From a virus, in the IMG/VR virus record IMGVR_UViG_3300045988_109391: a stretch of DNA of 64,000 bases; one strand, 5' to 3'. Numbering within the stretch: the stretch's first letter is position 1; each line of letters opens with the position of its first letter. The position numbers and the translations under genes are program-made. The notes below the pieces were generated by a model. That model was not told the DNA's origin, did no database searches, and saw nothing but the letters and a program-made list of their open reading frames with translations. Of the stretch, positions 29,885 through 39,829 are shown piece by piece.

Positions 29885-30094
29885 ATGAAAATTCCAATAA
29901 GACCTATAGAACAAGAATATGTAGAAGAATTATGCAGATTTTGTACTTATAATAAAATTTGTAGCCATAATTTATTTTATAAATTTATTCAACCAGAAGT
30001 CTCAGGTGGGATGCTATATGACTCCGTAAGTGTTCAATGCTTAAAATACAAATATATTAATTCAGAAAAAGAAGAGGAGGAAAATAAAGTATGA
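29885..30094 (+). CDS. hypothetical protein
   Basis: 69-aa ORF with an RBS. Confidence 0.4.
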   Translation: MKIPIRPIEQEYVEELCRFCTYNKICSHNLFYKFIQPEVSGGMLYDSVSVQCLKYKYINSEKEEEENKV

Positions 30095-30357
30095 ATATTA
30101 GAGGAAGTATAATAAGAAATTTATTAGAGTCTGAAAATCTTAGCACTATAGAAGAATACAATAAAGAAATAGATGTATTGATAAAAGATGAGCAAGAAGC
30201 TATAGAAGCATATAACAACTCATTGATTATTTTTGAAGAACTAGCTCCTGAAAAATACGCAAAAATATCAGACACTATATTTCATATAATAAATGAAGAA
30301 AAAGAACATATTAAAGAGCTTAATGAGTTAAGAAATATTATACAGGAGGAAAATTAA
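30091..30357 (+). CDS. hypothetical helical protein
   Basis: GGAGG RBS; 88 aa. Confidence 0.45.
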   Translation: MNIRGSIIRNLLESENLSTIEEYNKEIDVLIKDEQEAIEAYNNSLIIFEELAPEKYAKISDTIFHIINEEKEHIKELNELRNIIQEEN

Positions 30358-31185
30358 TGAGATTAGTAGAAGAAAGACTATTTAACCTTTTAAATCGCAC
30401 TGAAAAAACAACTCCAAAGCTTGCGTCTAGAGCTGATTTCATTCACCCAGTTTACATAGGATTAGATAAGAAAGGAATATTCCACTTTAAAACTAATAGC
30501 CAAACAAACCCAGGAAACAACTGGTATCAAACTATAGAAATAAAAAACTTACAGGCATTAGCTAATTCTGTAGATGAAGTCACTCCAGAAATTGTAGAAC
30601 AGTGGTTTAATACTACAGATGTAAATGTATTTTGCACTGACTACAGCTGGCTTTATTGGGCTTTACAATATATGCGGAACTCAAAGAGACTATAACGACC
30701 CAAAACAGCCAGAAAATAGAGCTCCTCAAAGAAACAATACAAAATTAAAAGGAGCTTTATGTAAACATCTAACTGCTATAGCTGAAGCTATTGAGTCAGG
30801 AGAGTACTATGAACAAATGGCAAAAGATATTACAAACTGGAGAAGTTATATTTCTGGGCAAGCTTATAAATCATTTAGTAAAGGTAGATTAATGGGTCAA
30901 GCCAGAAAAAGAGAGAAAGAAATTGATTGGAGAAAACTAGATAGTTTTATGAATAGAGCTCTTTGGGCAAAACATGGTATAGCTAAATTCTTAAATCAAT
31001 ACAACATAAAGAAAAGTGTTGAAGATGAAGTAGAAAGAATAAGAGCTACTGGAGAAGACCCTACTATAGATGAATTTTTAGACGATGCATTTTCAATGAC
31101 TACTACTGAATTAGCACAAGCTGCTGGAGTAGATGAAAAAGCAATAGATGATTATTTTAGACAAAATTTTGGATTTACTGATTAG
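30357..31185 (+). CDS. hypothetical head-module protein; needs a +1 shift at in-frame CGG 30675-30677
   Basis: Track ORFs 30357-30695 and 30625-31185 join as ..WALQYM-GTQRDYNDPKQ.. when C30675 is skipped. The second ORF has no RBS of its own. Confidence 0.6.
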
Positions 31186-31202
31186 CGAAAGGAGAATGTA
31201 GA

Positions 31203-32063
31203 ATGCCATTATTTGGAAAGAAAAGAGATAGTAAATTAATAGTTAACTACATGAAGATAATAGAACAATCACTTATTCCAATGATAAACGAAAAGTTAGA
31301 TTTATCAATAAATAACTACCCTACGTATGAAAAACAATATAGTGCTTCATATGAAGATACTGCAAATAATATTTTAATAGAATTTTCTTCTGGAAACATA
31401 CATGTAGAAAATGAAGGCGATTTATTTGTATCAGCTTCTTATAATTCAAGGCTTCAGCCAGTCGGATTATTTAATGTTAACAACGCATCAGAATTAAGAA
31501 GTTTACCAGATATTTTATTAGAGTCTTTGCATGAGCTAGATTTTGAGACCAAAGCTGATAAAGAAGAAAAAGAAAGACAAGCTAAACAAGCAGAGATAGA
31601 CAAGAAGGCTAAAGAATTAGCAGCTGCTGAAGCTAAAAAACAAGCAGAATTAATTAAAAAAGATGAAGAAAAGCCAGAAGTAGAAGAACCTGAAGATGAA
31701 GAGACAGTGACTGAAGAAGAAATTACTAATTCTCACAGTTTAATTTTAAGAGCTTTAAATTTTATCGGAAAAATGCCTGGCGATAATCAAACTTCAGAGA
31801 TAAATTGGTTTGTTCTTAGAGATGGAACTAAAGGAATTAACATTGGAATGAATTTAACTAAAATATCTGGAAATAATTTTTATATAGAAACTTATAATAT
31901 TAGACCAGAGGCTAAAACAGTTATGAATGCAGAGAAAGTAGCTGACTATGCTGATAAAGTATCTAGGAAAGTAGAAAGTACTCCAAATGTAGAAATTAAA
32001 GACGCTAAAGGAGAACACCTAGATATTCCAGATGAAGAAGAAAGCGATTATATTGAAATATAA
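31203..32063 (+). CDS. acidic coiled-coil protein (possible scaffold)
   Basis: Central EKERQAKQAEIDKKAKELAAAEAKK..EEPEDEE segment; head-module position. Confidence 0.35.
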   Translation: MPLFGKKRDSKLIVNYMKIIEQSLIPMINEKLDLSINNYPTYEKQYSASYEDTANNILIEFSSGNIHVENEGDLFVSASYNSRLQPVGLFNVNNASELRSLPDILLESLHELDFETKADKEEKERQAKQAEIDKKAKELAAAEAKKQAELIKKDEEKPEVEEPEDEETVTEEEITNSHSLILRALNFIGKMPGDNQTSEINWFVLRDGTKGINIGMNLTKISGNNFYIETYNIRPEAKTVMNAEKVADYADKVSRKVESTPNVEIKDAKGEHLDIPDEEESDYIEI

Positions 32064-32127
32064 AGATATATTAACTAAAAATAAAAATGACTCTAAAGTC
32101 ATCCTCGTTAATTAGAAGGGAGGAAAA

Positions 32128-33102
32128 ATGATTACAATTAATGATATTCAAAAAGTATCTGGTTTTAGAGACCAGAAAGATAGATTATTTCCAGAGTTTA
32201 GAAGACAAGTGTATGAATATTTAAAATATCACTTGAGTAATGTAATGACCGATGCTGATTTAGATATTATAGTAAAGCTTATTACTGAAATTTTTGGAGA
32301 TTTATTTATGAGAACTGGACTATTGCCTTGGCAAATAGACACTCATAAATGTCCAGATGAGTATTTAAAAGACTTAGGTTCTTTGATTGGTTATAGATGG
32401 AATGATAGTCTAACTTATGAGCAGCAAAGAGTTGGAATAGATATGTACTGCTTGATTAGAAGAAATAGAGGAACTAAATTTGGTTTAGAAAACTTAATAA
32501 GAAGTTTTGGGCAAACGCTTAAGCAATTTTATTCTAACGCAGATTTAAGAGGAGTAGAAATAATAGAATATGGTTCTGGAGGGGCTGATACTATAGAACC
32601 AAATATGTTTCCCGGAGATATTGTAGTAAGAATACCAGAAATGTCTACTATTCTTAGAGACTCTATATTTGATACCAAATTAGCTGGTACTAGATTATTT
32701 TTCCAATATTATATTTTCGTTGGAATATTCCATATGGGAATGAAAGCAGATGATGCTTTATTGATTAAAATATCTCCATATACGATAATACAAGGGTTTG
32801 ACCCAAATATAGATGAAATAGGACCATTTGGACCCACTACGAAGCTTGGACAAATATTAGAATTTCAACTTACGCACGCAATAAGAGGAAATTACGCTAA
32901 TGAAGTAAGAGAAATGGGACACATACCAACTTCATTGAATGAGAGGCATCATGGAAATCTAGTAGCTGGAATGCAAGTTTTAACATATTATAAGACACCT
33001 TGGATTTCTGGATTTATCTTTAATACTCCTGGATTAACAAATTATAGAGGGTTTGTTCAACCTGAAGAAACTATACGTCCAGATGAAATTCTATATAGAT
33101 AA
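32128..33102 (+). CDS. conserved virion-module protein
   Basis: 324 aa. CPDEYLKDLGSLIGYRW..QQRVGI..RRNRGTKFGLENLI is reminiscent of the P2 gpI baseplate family. A terminator follows. Confidence 0.3.
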   Translation: MITINDIQKVSGFRDQKDRLFPEFRRQVYEYLKYHLSNVMTDADLDIIVKLITEIFGDLFMRTGLLPWQIDTHKCPDEYLKDLGSLIGYRWNDSLTYEQQRVGIDMYCLIRRNRGTKFGLENLIRSFGQTLKQFYSNADLRGVEIIEYGSGGADTIEPNMFPGDIVVRIPEMSTILRDSIFDTKLAGTRLFFQYYIFVGIFHMGMKADDALLIKISPYTIIQGFDPNIDEIGPFGPTTKLGQILEFQLTHAIRGNYANEVREMGHIPTSLNERHHGNLVAGMQVLTYYKTPWISGFIFNTPGLTNYRGFVQPEETIRPDEILYR

Positions 33103-33112
33103 TAATTTAATA

Positions 33113-33140
33113 AGAGTAGCTGTTTATGCTACTCTTTTTT
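33113..33140 (+). terminator. rho-independent terminator
   Basis: Stem agagtagc/gctactct followed by T8. Confidence 0.65.
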
Positions 33141-33181
33141 TTGCATAATATTATTATAAGATTTTATGAAAGGAGAATCGT

Positions 33182-33355
33182 ATGAGTAAAGAAAGATTTT
33201 CTTACGAAAATGTAGAAGTTAAAACCGATTGCTTTGCATATAATTCTAAGAGCAACAATTGTAAATGTTTAACAGATTTATATTGTAAAAGAGAATTATG
33301 CTCTTTTTATAAGTCTAAAGAAACATATAAAGATAATTTAGATGGTATTTATTAG
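33182..33355 (+). CDS. small Cys-rich protein
   Basis: AAGGAG RBS; 57 aa with 5 Cys. Not in the track because it is under 60 aa. Confidence 0.35.
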   Translation: MSKERFSYENVEVKTDCFAYNSKSNNCKCLTDLYCKRELCSFYKSKETYKDNLDGIY

Positions 33356-33370
33356 GAGGTGAAAAATAGA

Positions 33371-33811
33371 ATGGAACCAAATGAACAAGATTTACAAAAC
33401 AATAATGTAGAGGAAGTAAATGAAATAAATATTACTTCAAAAGATATGCTAGATGCATATACTAAGCTAGACCTAGATGCTAAAAAAGTAGAAGTTGAAA
33501 TAGCTGAGTTTAAAGAAGCTCATAAAGAAGTATTTAATGCTTTAAAAGTATTTGAAAATAAATTACAAGAGATTGCTGGTTTTCAACAAAATATTCAAAG
33601 TAATTTATTAACTTATATGAGAGAACATAATACTGAAGAAGATAGTAATGATATTTTTAGAGTTAAGTATACTCCTTCATATACTAAAAAGAATTTTGAC
33701 ACAAAGAAATTTTATGAAGACTATGCACCAGAGTCAGCTATGTATAAGAAATATGTTGGTATTACAACAGTAAAAGACAGTGTTAAAATAAGTGAGGTTA
33801 AGAAAAAATAA
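33371..33811 (+). CDS. hypothetical coiled-coil protein
   Basis: ATG 33371 after AGGAGG. Confidence 0.45.
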   Translation: MEPNEQDLQNNNVEEVNEINITSKDMLDAYTKLDLDAKKVEVEIAEFKEAHKEVFNALKVFENKLQEIAGFQQNIQSNLLTYMREHNTEEDSNDIFRVKYTPSYTKKNFDTKKFYEDYAPESAMYKKYVGITTVKDSVKISEVKKK

Positions 33812-34050
33812 TGTTATATAATATTTTACTTTGGATAGTCTCTATATATTCTGCAGGAGTATTTGCAGATTTTATATATAACTTTATATTAGCAAAAGAC
33901 AACCTAGATAAGACAGTAGATATTTGTTCTAGTAGAGAAGACTTTTTAGGTTATTCTGCAAATGACTTATATATAATTGCATTACTAGGTTGTTTTGTTT
34001 GGCCTTATTCTTTTTATTTAAGACTAAGGTATTATATGAGAGGTGAGTAA
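33811..34050 (+). CDS. small membrane protein
   Basis: Two hydrophobic helices. Confidence 0.45.
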   Translation: MLYNILLWIVSIYSAGVFADFIYNFILAKDNLDKTVDICSSREDFLGYSANDLYIIALLGCFVWPYSFYLRLRYYMRGE

Positions 34051-34052
34051 TA

Positions 34053-34355
34053 GTGTCAAGCAAGTTTAGATTAATTAGTGAGAAGAATAATTTTATTTTA
34101 TTTGATAAATATATTGTAGGATTTAATATTCTTCAAGCAGGACCATTTTTTAGTGTAGTTGCACATTTAGATAATAGAGTATCTTATGTATTTAATAAAT
34201 TAGGAGATGGAGTATCTTTAGCTATGTTTGATACTGAGTCTAAAGCTCAGTGTTTTATGGCTAGATTAAATGAAAAAACTTCTGACAATACTTGCTCTAT
34301 TATGTCAGTATATTTAGATGAAGAGGAGGACTATATAGATGAAAATTTTAAGTAG
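34053..34355 (+). CDS. hypothetical protein
   Basis: GTG start after GAGGTG. Confidence 0.4.
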   Translation: MSSKFRLISEKNNFILFDKYIVGFNILQAGPFFSVVAHLDNRVSYVFNKLGDGVSLAMFDTESKAQCFMARLNEKTSDNTCSIMSVYLDEEEDYIDENFK

Positions 34356-35710
34356 TCGTGAACCAATTGACGTATTTTTAGATGCTAGCTCAATACTAAA
34401 TAAAGCAGTAGAACATACTTTAGGACCAGAAGGCTCTAATACAGCAGTGCACACTCAAAATTTTTATAGCATTATAAATGACGGTAAAAGTATAATAGAG
34501 CCACTTTCTAGCTTAGATGCTGAAATAGCTCCAGCTTTAGAGACACTGAAGCAAGCATCTTTTGAAACAAATAGAAAAGCCGGAGATGGTACTACTAGCA
34601 CTATAGTTTTAATGAACCAATTATTAAAGGGAGTAAAAGACGAACTTAGTGTAGCTACTCCAGTAGATATAGCTAATAAACTTTTACAAGTAGAAGAAAA
34701 ATTACAAGAATTAATTAGAGATAACAAAATTACGATAGATAATAGATTATATGAAAATATAACTAAAGTGTCTTTACGGGTCATCTCGTTATTCTAGGCT
34801 AATAGCAGATGCCTTTGAGTTTTTAGATGGAAAGGGTATTCCAGCTTTAGTAAAATCTGATATTCCTTCAGTAGAAGTAGAATATTTAGATGGAGCTAAT
34901 TTAACTAAAACCTCATTAATAAGTTCTATGATTTTAGAGATGCTTCCATCAAAAGAATTATTTAATGTAAATGTAGTAACTTTATTCCAACCAATAGATA
35001 GATTTGAGGAAATATTACAGCTTACTAAACTTTTAAACAAAAGTGAAAATTATACTATATTATTATATAACGAAATTAGTAATAATACTTTAGAGAACTT
35101 GTTATTTGCTTTATCACAAGATAAAAGTAAAATAATTCCAGTATCTTTACATAACTATGGAAACAACATGACTAATATAATGGATGAAATAGCTATTTAC
35201 ACAGGAGCTGGAATTATAGACGGAACTAAATGTAAGTCTACTGATATTAGTTCTATAAAAGTTGGAACTGCAGACTCAGCAGTCTTATCATTGACTTCAT
35301 TAATGCTTAAGAAAGAAATTTCTGAAGAATATGATTATAAATATATTTCTCGAAAAGCTTGTATTATAAAAGTTGGAGGAGCAAATAAAGTAACTTTAGA
35401 AGATAATTATAAAAGAATAGAAGATGCTGTATATTCAGTAGCAGGTGCAATTGAGCATGGAGTAATGAGCGGAGGCTATGGTTTTCCATATGCATATTTA
35501 GGAGCTAAAATAGATGATGTTGGAACTCCGGCTTACATAATTTATGCTTTAACTTATATTAACAAAGTAATTTTTGATGGCAAAAAATCTGACGACTCTT
35601 TAGACTCAGCTTTAGTTATATCAGAGGTAATAAAGAACGCATTTACTATGGCTGCTCAAGTTGCTACAACTAATGCCATTGTATACGACTCTATACATTA
35701 TAACACTTAG
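34339..35710 (+). CDS. GroEL-like chaperonin; needs a +1 shift at in-frame CGG 34777-34779
   Basis: AVEHTLGPEGSN and the hallmark AGDGTTS motif. ORFs 34339-34797 and 34928-35710 join as ..KVSL-GSSRYSRLIADAFEFLDGKG.. when C34777 is skipped. Confidence 0.7.
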
Positions 35711-35899
35711 TTTACAGTAATTTTATTATGGTAAACTAATTTAATCTAATATTAGAGAGCGAATCACTTGATTGATTTTGCTCTTTTATTTTGCATAGCT
35801 AGTTTACATAATTAGTTACCAAAAATTTTTTTAAAATTTTTTTAGTTTAGAGATTAAATCATTTGACAAATTTTTACAAAAATTATTGGATTTTACCTA

Positions 35900-35928
35900 T
35901 TTACAAACTGAAAATTATGGTATATAAA
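35900..35928 (+). promoter_or_regulatory. sigma-70-like promoter, ctatttacaaa type
   Basis: TTTACA at 35900-35905, 17-nt spacer, TATAAA at 35923-35928. A TTGACA also lies about 35 nt upstream. Confidence 0.45.
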
Positions 35929-36016
35929 ATTATCAGAAAGGAGGAAAAAGTTTAAAAAATAGCTAAAATTTAAGCTAATATTTTTATAAAAAATTATCAA
36001 TAAAGGAGAAAGAAAA

Positions 36017-36994
36017 ATGAGAAATTTTGAAGAAAGTTTAAAAAATAATGAGAAAGTTATAATGCTAAACGAAGAGGAAGTAAAAAATAACAATGAGGAG
36101 ACAAATGCTTATGCAGCTTGGTTGAATAATTTAGCTAATGGAAGAAAGATGCTAGATGAACTTGAACTTGGAGAAATATATGAAATAATTTTAAAAGTAG
36201 CAAAGATTTCTTTTGCTAGAACAAACAAATACATAGAATATACATATGAGGACTCAGCTAATATAATTTTTAAAGACTTTTTAGCTAGAGATTATTGTAA
36301 AAAATATAGTTGTTCTACACAAATATCTGAAGAGTACCCTTATTTAGATACAGCATGTTCACCTTATGCATACAAATGGGTACATAGAGAAGAGCAAAAA
36401 GGATTTAATAGAATGTTTAGTCAATCAATGACTATAAAACATTTTAGTAATTTAATGTTTACTGAATTTAGACATCATTTTGCTTATAATCTAAGAAATA
36501 ATAAATTTAAACAAAGAGTTAACAATACTATATCAATAGATAGAGACTCTGAAGAAGATACTTTACTTACTATAGAAAAAATAGAAGACCCAAATACTAG
36601 AACTCAGCTTAGTCAAGTTGAAGATAGTGTAGATTTAGACATAGTTTGTAATTTAACTAATAATTCAGACATAATATTTTCAGAGTATCAAATAGCACTT
36701 GGAGAAGATAAATTAGACTTAACTATTAATAATTTAATGAGATTATATGCATCTTTAGCAGATGGAAAGAAATTAACTACTTCTGACATTAACGAGCATA
36801 TTATAATTAAAGATGGAGTAGAAATTAAGCCTATAGTAACTAGCAACAGAATAATATCTTCAGAAGAAGTAAAGTATAAAAATGTATACCAAGCTACTTT
36901 AGCAATGAAAAAATATTTATTAGAAAATGGCATAGTATCTACTTCTAAAAGAATAGAAAATGGAAAGGAGAAAACACATTATGCATTTGCTTAA
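36017..36994 (+). CDS. hypothetical protein
   Basis: AAGGAG RBS; 325 aa. Confidence 0.5.
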   Translation: MRNFEESLKNNEKVIMLNEEEVKNNNEETNAYAAWLNNLANGRKMLDELELGEIYEIILKVAKISFARTNKYIEYTYEDSANIIFKDFLARDYCKKYSCSTQISEEYPYLDTACSPYAYKWVHREEQKGFNRMFSQSMTIKHFSNLMFTEFRHHFAYNLRNNKFKQRVNNTISIDRDSEEDTLLTIEKIEDPNTRTQLSQVEDSVDLDIVCNLTNNSDIIFSEYQIALGEDKLDLTINNLMRLYASLADGKKLTTSDINEHIIIKDGVEIKPIVTSNRIISSEEVKYKNVYQATLAMKKYLLENGIVSTSKRIENGKEKTHYAFA

Positions 36995-37283
36995 TAGATA
37001 TTTAAAAGTTAAAGAGCTTACTGATAATTTGGAAATAGATGGGATAGTGAGGAAGTACGATGATACTTCCCCATTTATGTATGCAAAAATAGAAGCTATA
37101 GACCCTAATTGTAGATTAGTTAAAGAATGCCCAGATATTGCAGAAAATCCAGCTAGATATGTAGTTGTATTTAAAAGAGCTACTAAGTTTCCTATTTTAG
37201 ATGGTTTTTGTTTACATGAGGATGACATTCTAATGGCTTTAACTAATGAGGAATATAGTAAATATGTATATCAAGTAAAATAG
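36981..37283 (+). CDS. possible GroES/gp31-like co-chaperonin
   Basis: About 100 aa. N-terminal LLNRYLKVKEL and C-terminal EDDILMAL recall GroES (..vlvk.. / ..DILAi). Weak. Confidence 0.25.
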   Translation: MHLLNRYLKVKELTDNLEIDGIVRKYDDTSPFMYAKIEAIDPNCRLVKECPDIAENPARYVVVFKRATKFPILDGFCLHEDDILMALTNEEYSKYVYQVK

Positions 37284-37325
37284 CATATAATTAAATATAG
37301 AAATTAAGAGGAGGTGAGAAGAGAT

Positions 37326-37922
37326 ATGGCAGATAATGTAGTATCTTTTGAAGAAGCAAAGAAAAAACAAGAAGAATTAGACATGACTGAAGCTCAAATA
37401 AAGGAAGCTATAATCAACGATAATTTACTTAAAATGGCTGTAAGAATAATGACAGGGCATAGGATAGAAGATGAGTCTTTAGATGAAGTAAAATTATTTG
37501 AAGAATATAAAAAAGAAGCCATAAAAAACAAACAAAAATATCAATCTCTTGGAGATATTGATGATAATACAATACAATTTTATTACTCTTTGTTTGATAT
37601 AGGTTATAGAACTTTTGGAGCAGCTTTCTTTACAGCTATGGTAAATTCAGTTAATAATGTAGATGTAGTTAAAGATGAAAATGGAGAAGAGAAAGAGATA
37701 CCTAATAATAACGTAGTTCATTTTTATAAAGGAACTTGGTCATTAGTAGAAGGTATGAATATGCTTTCTAGTACTCTATATAAATTTAATAAAGAATTAT
37801 TAGCATATAAAGCTTTAGAATTAACTGAAGAACAAAAAGCTCAACTTGAAAAAATTAAAAATGAAGCATCTGATTTAGATAAATTAATACAGCAAGAAGC
37901 AAGTAAACTAGACAATAAATAA
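37326..37922 (+). CDS. hypothetical protein
   Basis: ATG 37326 after GAGGAGG. Confidence 0.45.
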   Translation: MADNVVSFEEAKKKQEELDMTEAQIKEAIINDNLLKMAVRIMTGHRIEDESLDEVKLFEEYKKEAIKNKQKYQSLGDIDDNTIQFYYSLFDIGYRTFGAAFFTAMVNSVNNVDVVKDENGEEKEIPNNNVVHFYKGTWSLVEGMNMLSSTLYKFNKELLAYKALELTEEQKAQLEKIKNEASDLDKLIQQEASKLDNK

Positions 37923-38001
37923 CATAGTAATTAATATAGGCAATAAGTCGATAGCGGGTTAGCGATAGACAAATTAGCCGAAAAATTAAAGGAGGAATAT
38001 T

Positions 38002-39132
38002 ATGTCAAATCAAAATGAAATGTCTGCAGATTTAGCAGAACAAATTGCAATGTTAGGAGTAGATGTTAATGATGTTATAGCTAATACTTCAAAACCAGAA
38101 GCAGTAGCTGTACCTTATACTCCAGAAAATCCAACTAATGCCGGAATAGTAACTAATACTGTAGCACAACCAGCAGCAAAACCAATAGAAACAGCAGAAA
38201 CTTTAAGAGGAGAAGTAGAGTTTGGAACAATTACTAATCAAACTGTAGCAAAACCAGTTCAACAAGTTGTTCAACAACAAGTAAATCAACAAGCATCAGC
38301 TCAAGTTGTTCAACCAACTACTACAACAGTTTCATATCAAACTGTGTCAAAACCAGCTACAGCAGTAGCTCCAAAAGATGATGACGATGAATTAGTTTTT
38401 GTTAATTTAGCTCAGGCTGTTCATACTACACAAACACCGTTCTTAAAATTAAAAGATGATGAGTGGACTCGTATAGCTTTAATAAGATTAGACTATTTAA
38501 TTCCAATGAGACTTCATTATCTAGAAGGAATTGGATGGGTGAAATGTTGTTCTAAATATGATGCAAATGGCTTTATGGTAGAACCAGCATTATGTTGTAA
38601 AAAAGTAGTAAATGGAACATTTGTAGATAGACTAGGAGAAGATGGAAAGCCAGTAAAAGCTAAACAAAGATTTTTATTACCAGTGATAGAATACCCAGTA
38701 GATAGAACTAATGGTAATAAAGTAATTCCAGGCGATACACCTAAGTTAAAAGTTTGGAACTTAAATTATGTTGAAATGGACAATTTAAGAAAAGCTGTTC
38801 AAGGGTGTGCTGATGACCCTAATGACTTAAGCTCAGTAGATTTATCTGCAATAGATTTTAAACTAAACAAAGAAAAATCTGGATTTAAAGTAATTTCAGT
38901 TTCAGTAGCTCCAACAAGCTTAAGAGCTCAATTTGCAGCAGAGATAGATGCAGAAATTAGCAAGCTAAATAATGATTTTCTAAAAACAGCTAGGGATGAA
39001 AGCAGAAGAATAGTAACAGAAGAAACTATCGCTAATATGATGGACTCTAAAGAAGCTATAAATGCTCAAGTAAATAGTGTTATTGAAAATCAAGCTGCAT
39101 CAAATGAGTCAATAGACTCACTTAGTATATAG
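38002..39132 (+). CDS. putative gp32-like ssDNA-binding protein with a low-complexity N-terminal extension
   Basis: FLKLKDDEWTRIALIRL..P, a Cys cluster (CCSKYD..LCCKK), KLKVWNLNY and AIDFKLNKEKSGFKV parallel T4 gp32 blocks as I recall them. Confidence 0.35.
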   Translation: MSNQNEMSADLAEQIAMLGVDVNDVIANTSKPEAVAVPYTPENPTNAGIVTNTVAQPAAKPIETAETLRGEVEFGTITNQTVAKPVQQVVQQQVNQQASAQVVQPTTTTVSYQTVSKPATAVAPKDDDDELVFVNLAQAVHTTQTPFLKLKDDEWTRIALIRLDYLIPMRLHYLEGIGWVKCCSKYDANGFMVEPALCCKKVVNGTFVDRLGEDGKPVKAKQRFLLPVIEYPVDRTNGNKVIPGDTPKLKVWNLNYVEMDNLRKAVQGCADDPNDLSSVDLSAIDFKLNKEKSGFKVISVSVAPTSLRAQFAAEIDAEISKLNNDFLKTARDESRRIVTEETIANMMDSKEAINAQVNSVIENQAASNESIDSLSI

Positions 39133-39138
39133 CGTAAA

Positions 39139-39161
39139 GAGAAGGTGCTACCTTCTCTAAT
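39139..39161 (+). terminator. rho-independent terminator
   Basis: Stem agagaaggt/accttctct followed by a T-rich run. Confidence 0.6.
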
Positions 39162-39190
39162 TTTTATATTTTTAAAAGGAGATGATTTTA

Positions 39191-39676
39191 ATGTCATTAG
39201 AATTAATTTTAATTATTATTTTATTTTTTCTATTTTTAGCTTTCATTTTATTATCTATGAAATACTTAGATTTAAAAAATGATTATATCGAAATAGATGA
39301 AATATTAAATGAATACTATGAAGAGATGACAGTGCTAAAAGATACAAATAAAAGATATCAAGATAATATCGATGTTTTTTTAAATCATAACTATGCATCA
39401 ATAGAAGAGATAGAAAAAATGCTTAGAGTAATATCTAACTCTTATTCTGTTTCAAATTCTAATAAACTAACTTTATTAAAATTACTATTTATAACATTAA
39501 ATAGTTCACCAGACACCGGAATAAAAGATTTAAGAATTAATAGTAATGAGTCTATTAGTAAAACTATAGATATTATAAAAAGTAAACTTGAAGGAGATAC
39601 TAACATTACTGATAGAGAAGCGGGAAATGCAATACTAGCCTTAATTTTCCATACTCCAAAGTCTAGAAACAATTAA
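39191..39676 (+). CDS. membrane-anchored hypothetical protein
   Basis: N-terminal TM helix LILIIILFFLFLAFILL. Confidence 0.45.
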   Translation: MSLELILIIILFFLFLAFILLSMKYLDLKNDYIEIDEILNEYYEEMTVLKDTNKRYQDNIDVFLNHNYASIEEIEKMLRVISNSYSVSNSNKLTLLKLLFITLNSSPDTGIKDLRINSNESISKTIDIIKSKLEGDTNITDREAGNAILALIFHTPKSRNN

Positions 39677-39829
39677 CGAGAATGACACTAGAGTCATTTT
39701 CTACTTAAAATAATATAACTATATATCTAAAAATTAATGAAAGTACCACATAAATGGTACTTTTGTTGTTATATTTAAGCTTTAATATATTATATTAGGA
39801 ACTTAAAACGAAAGGAGAAGAGATGAGAT

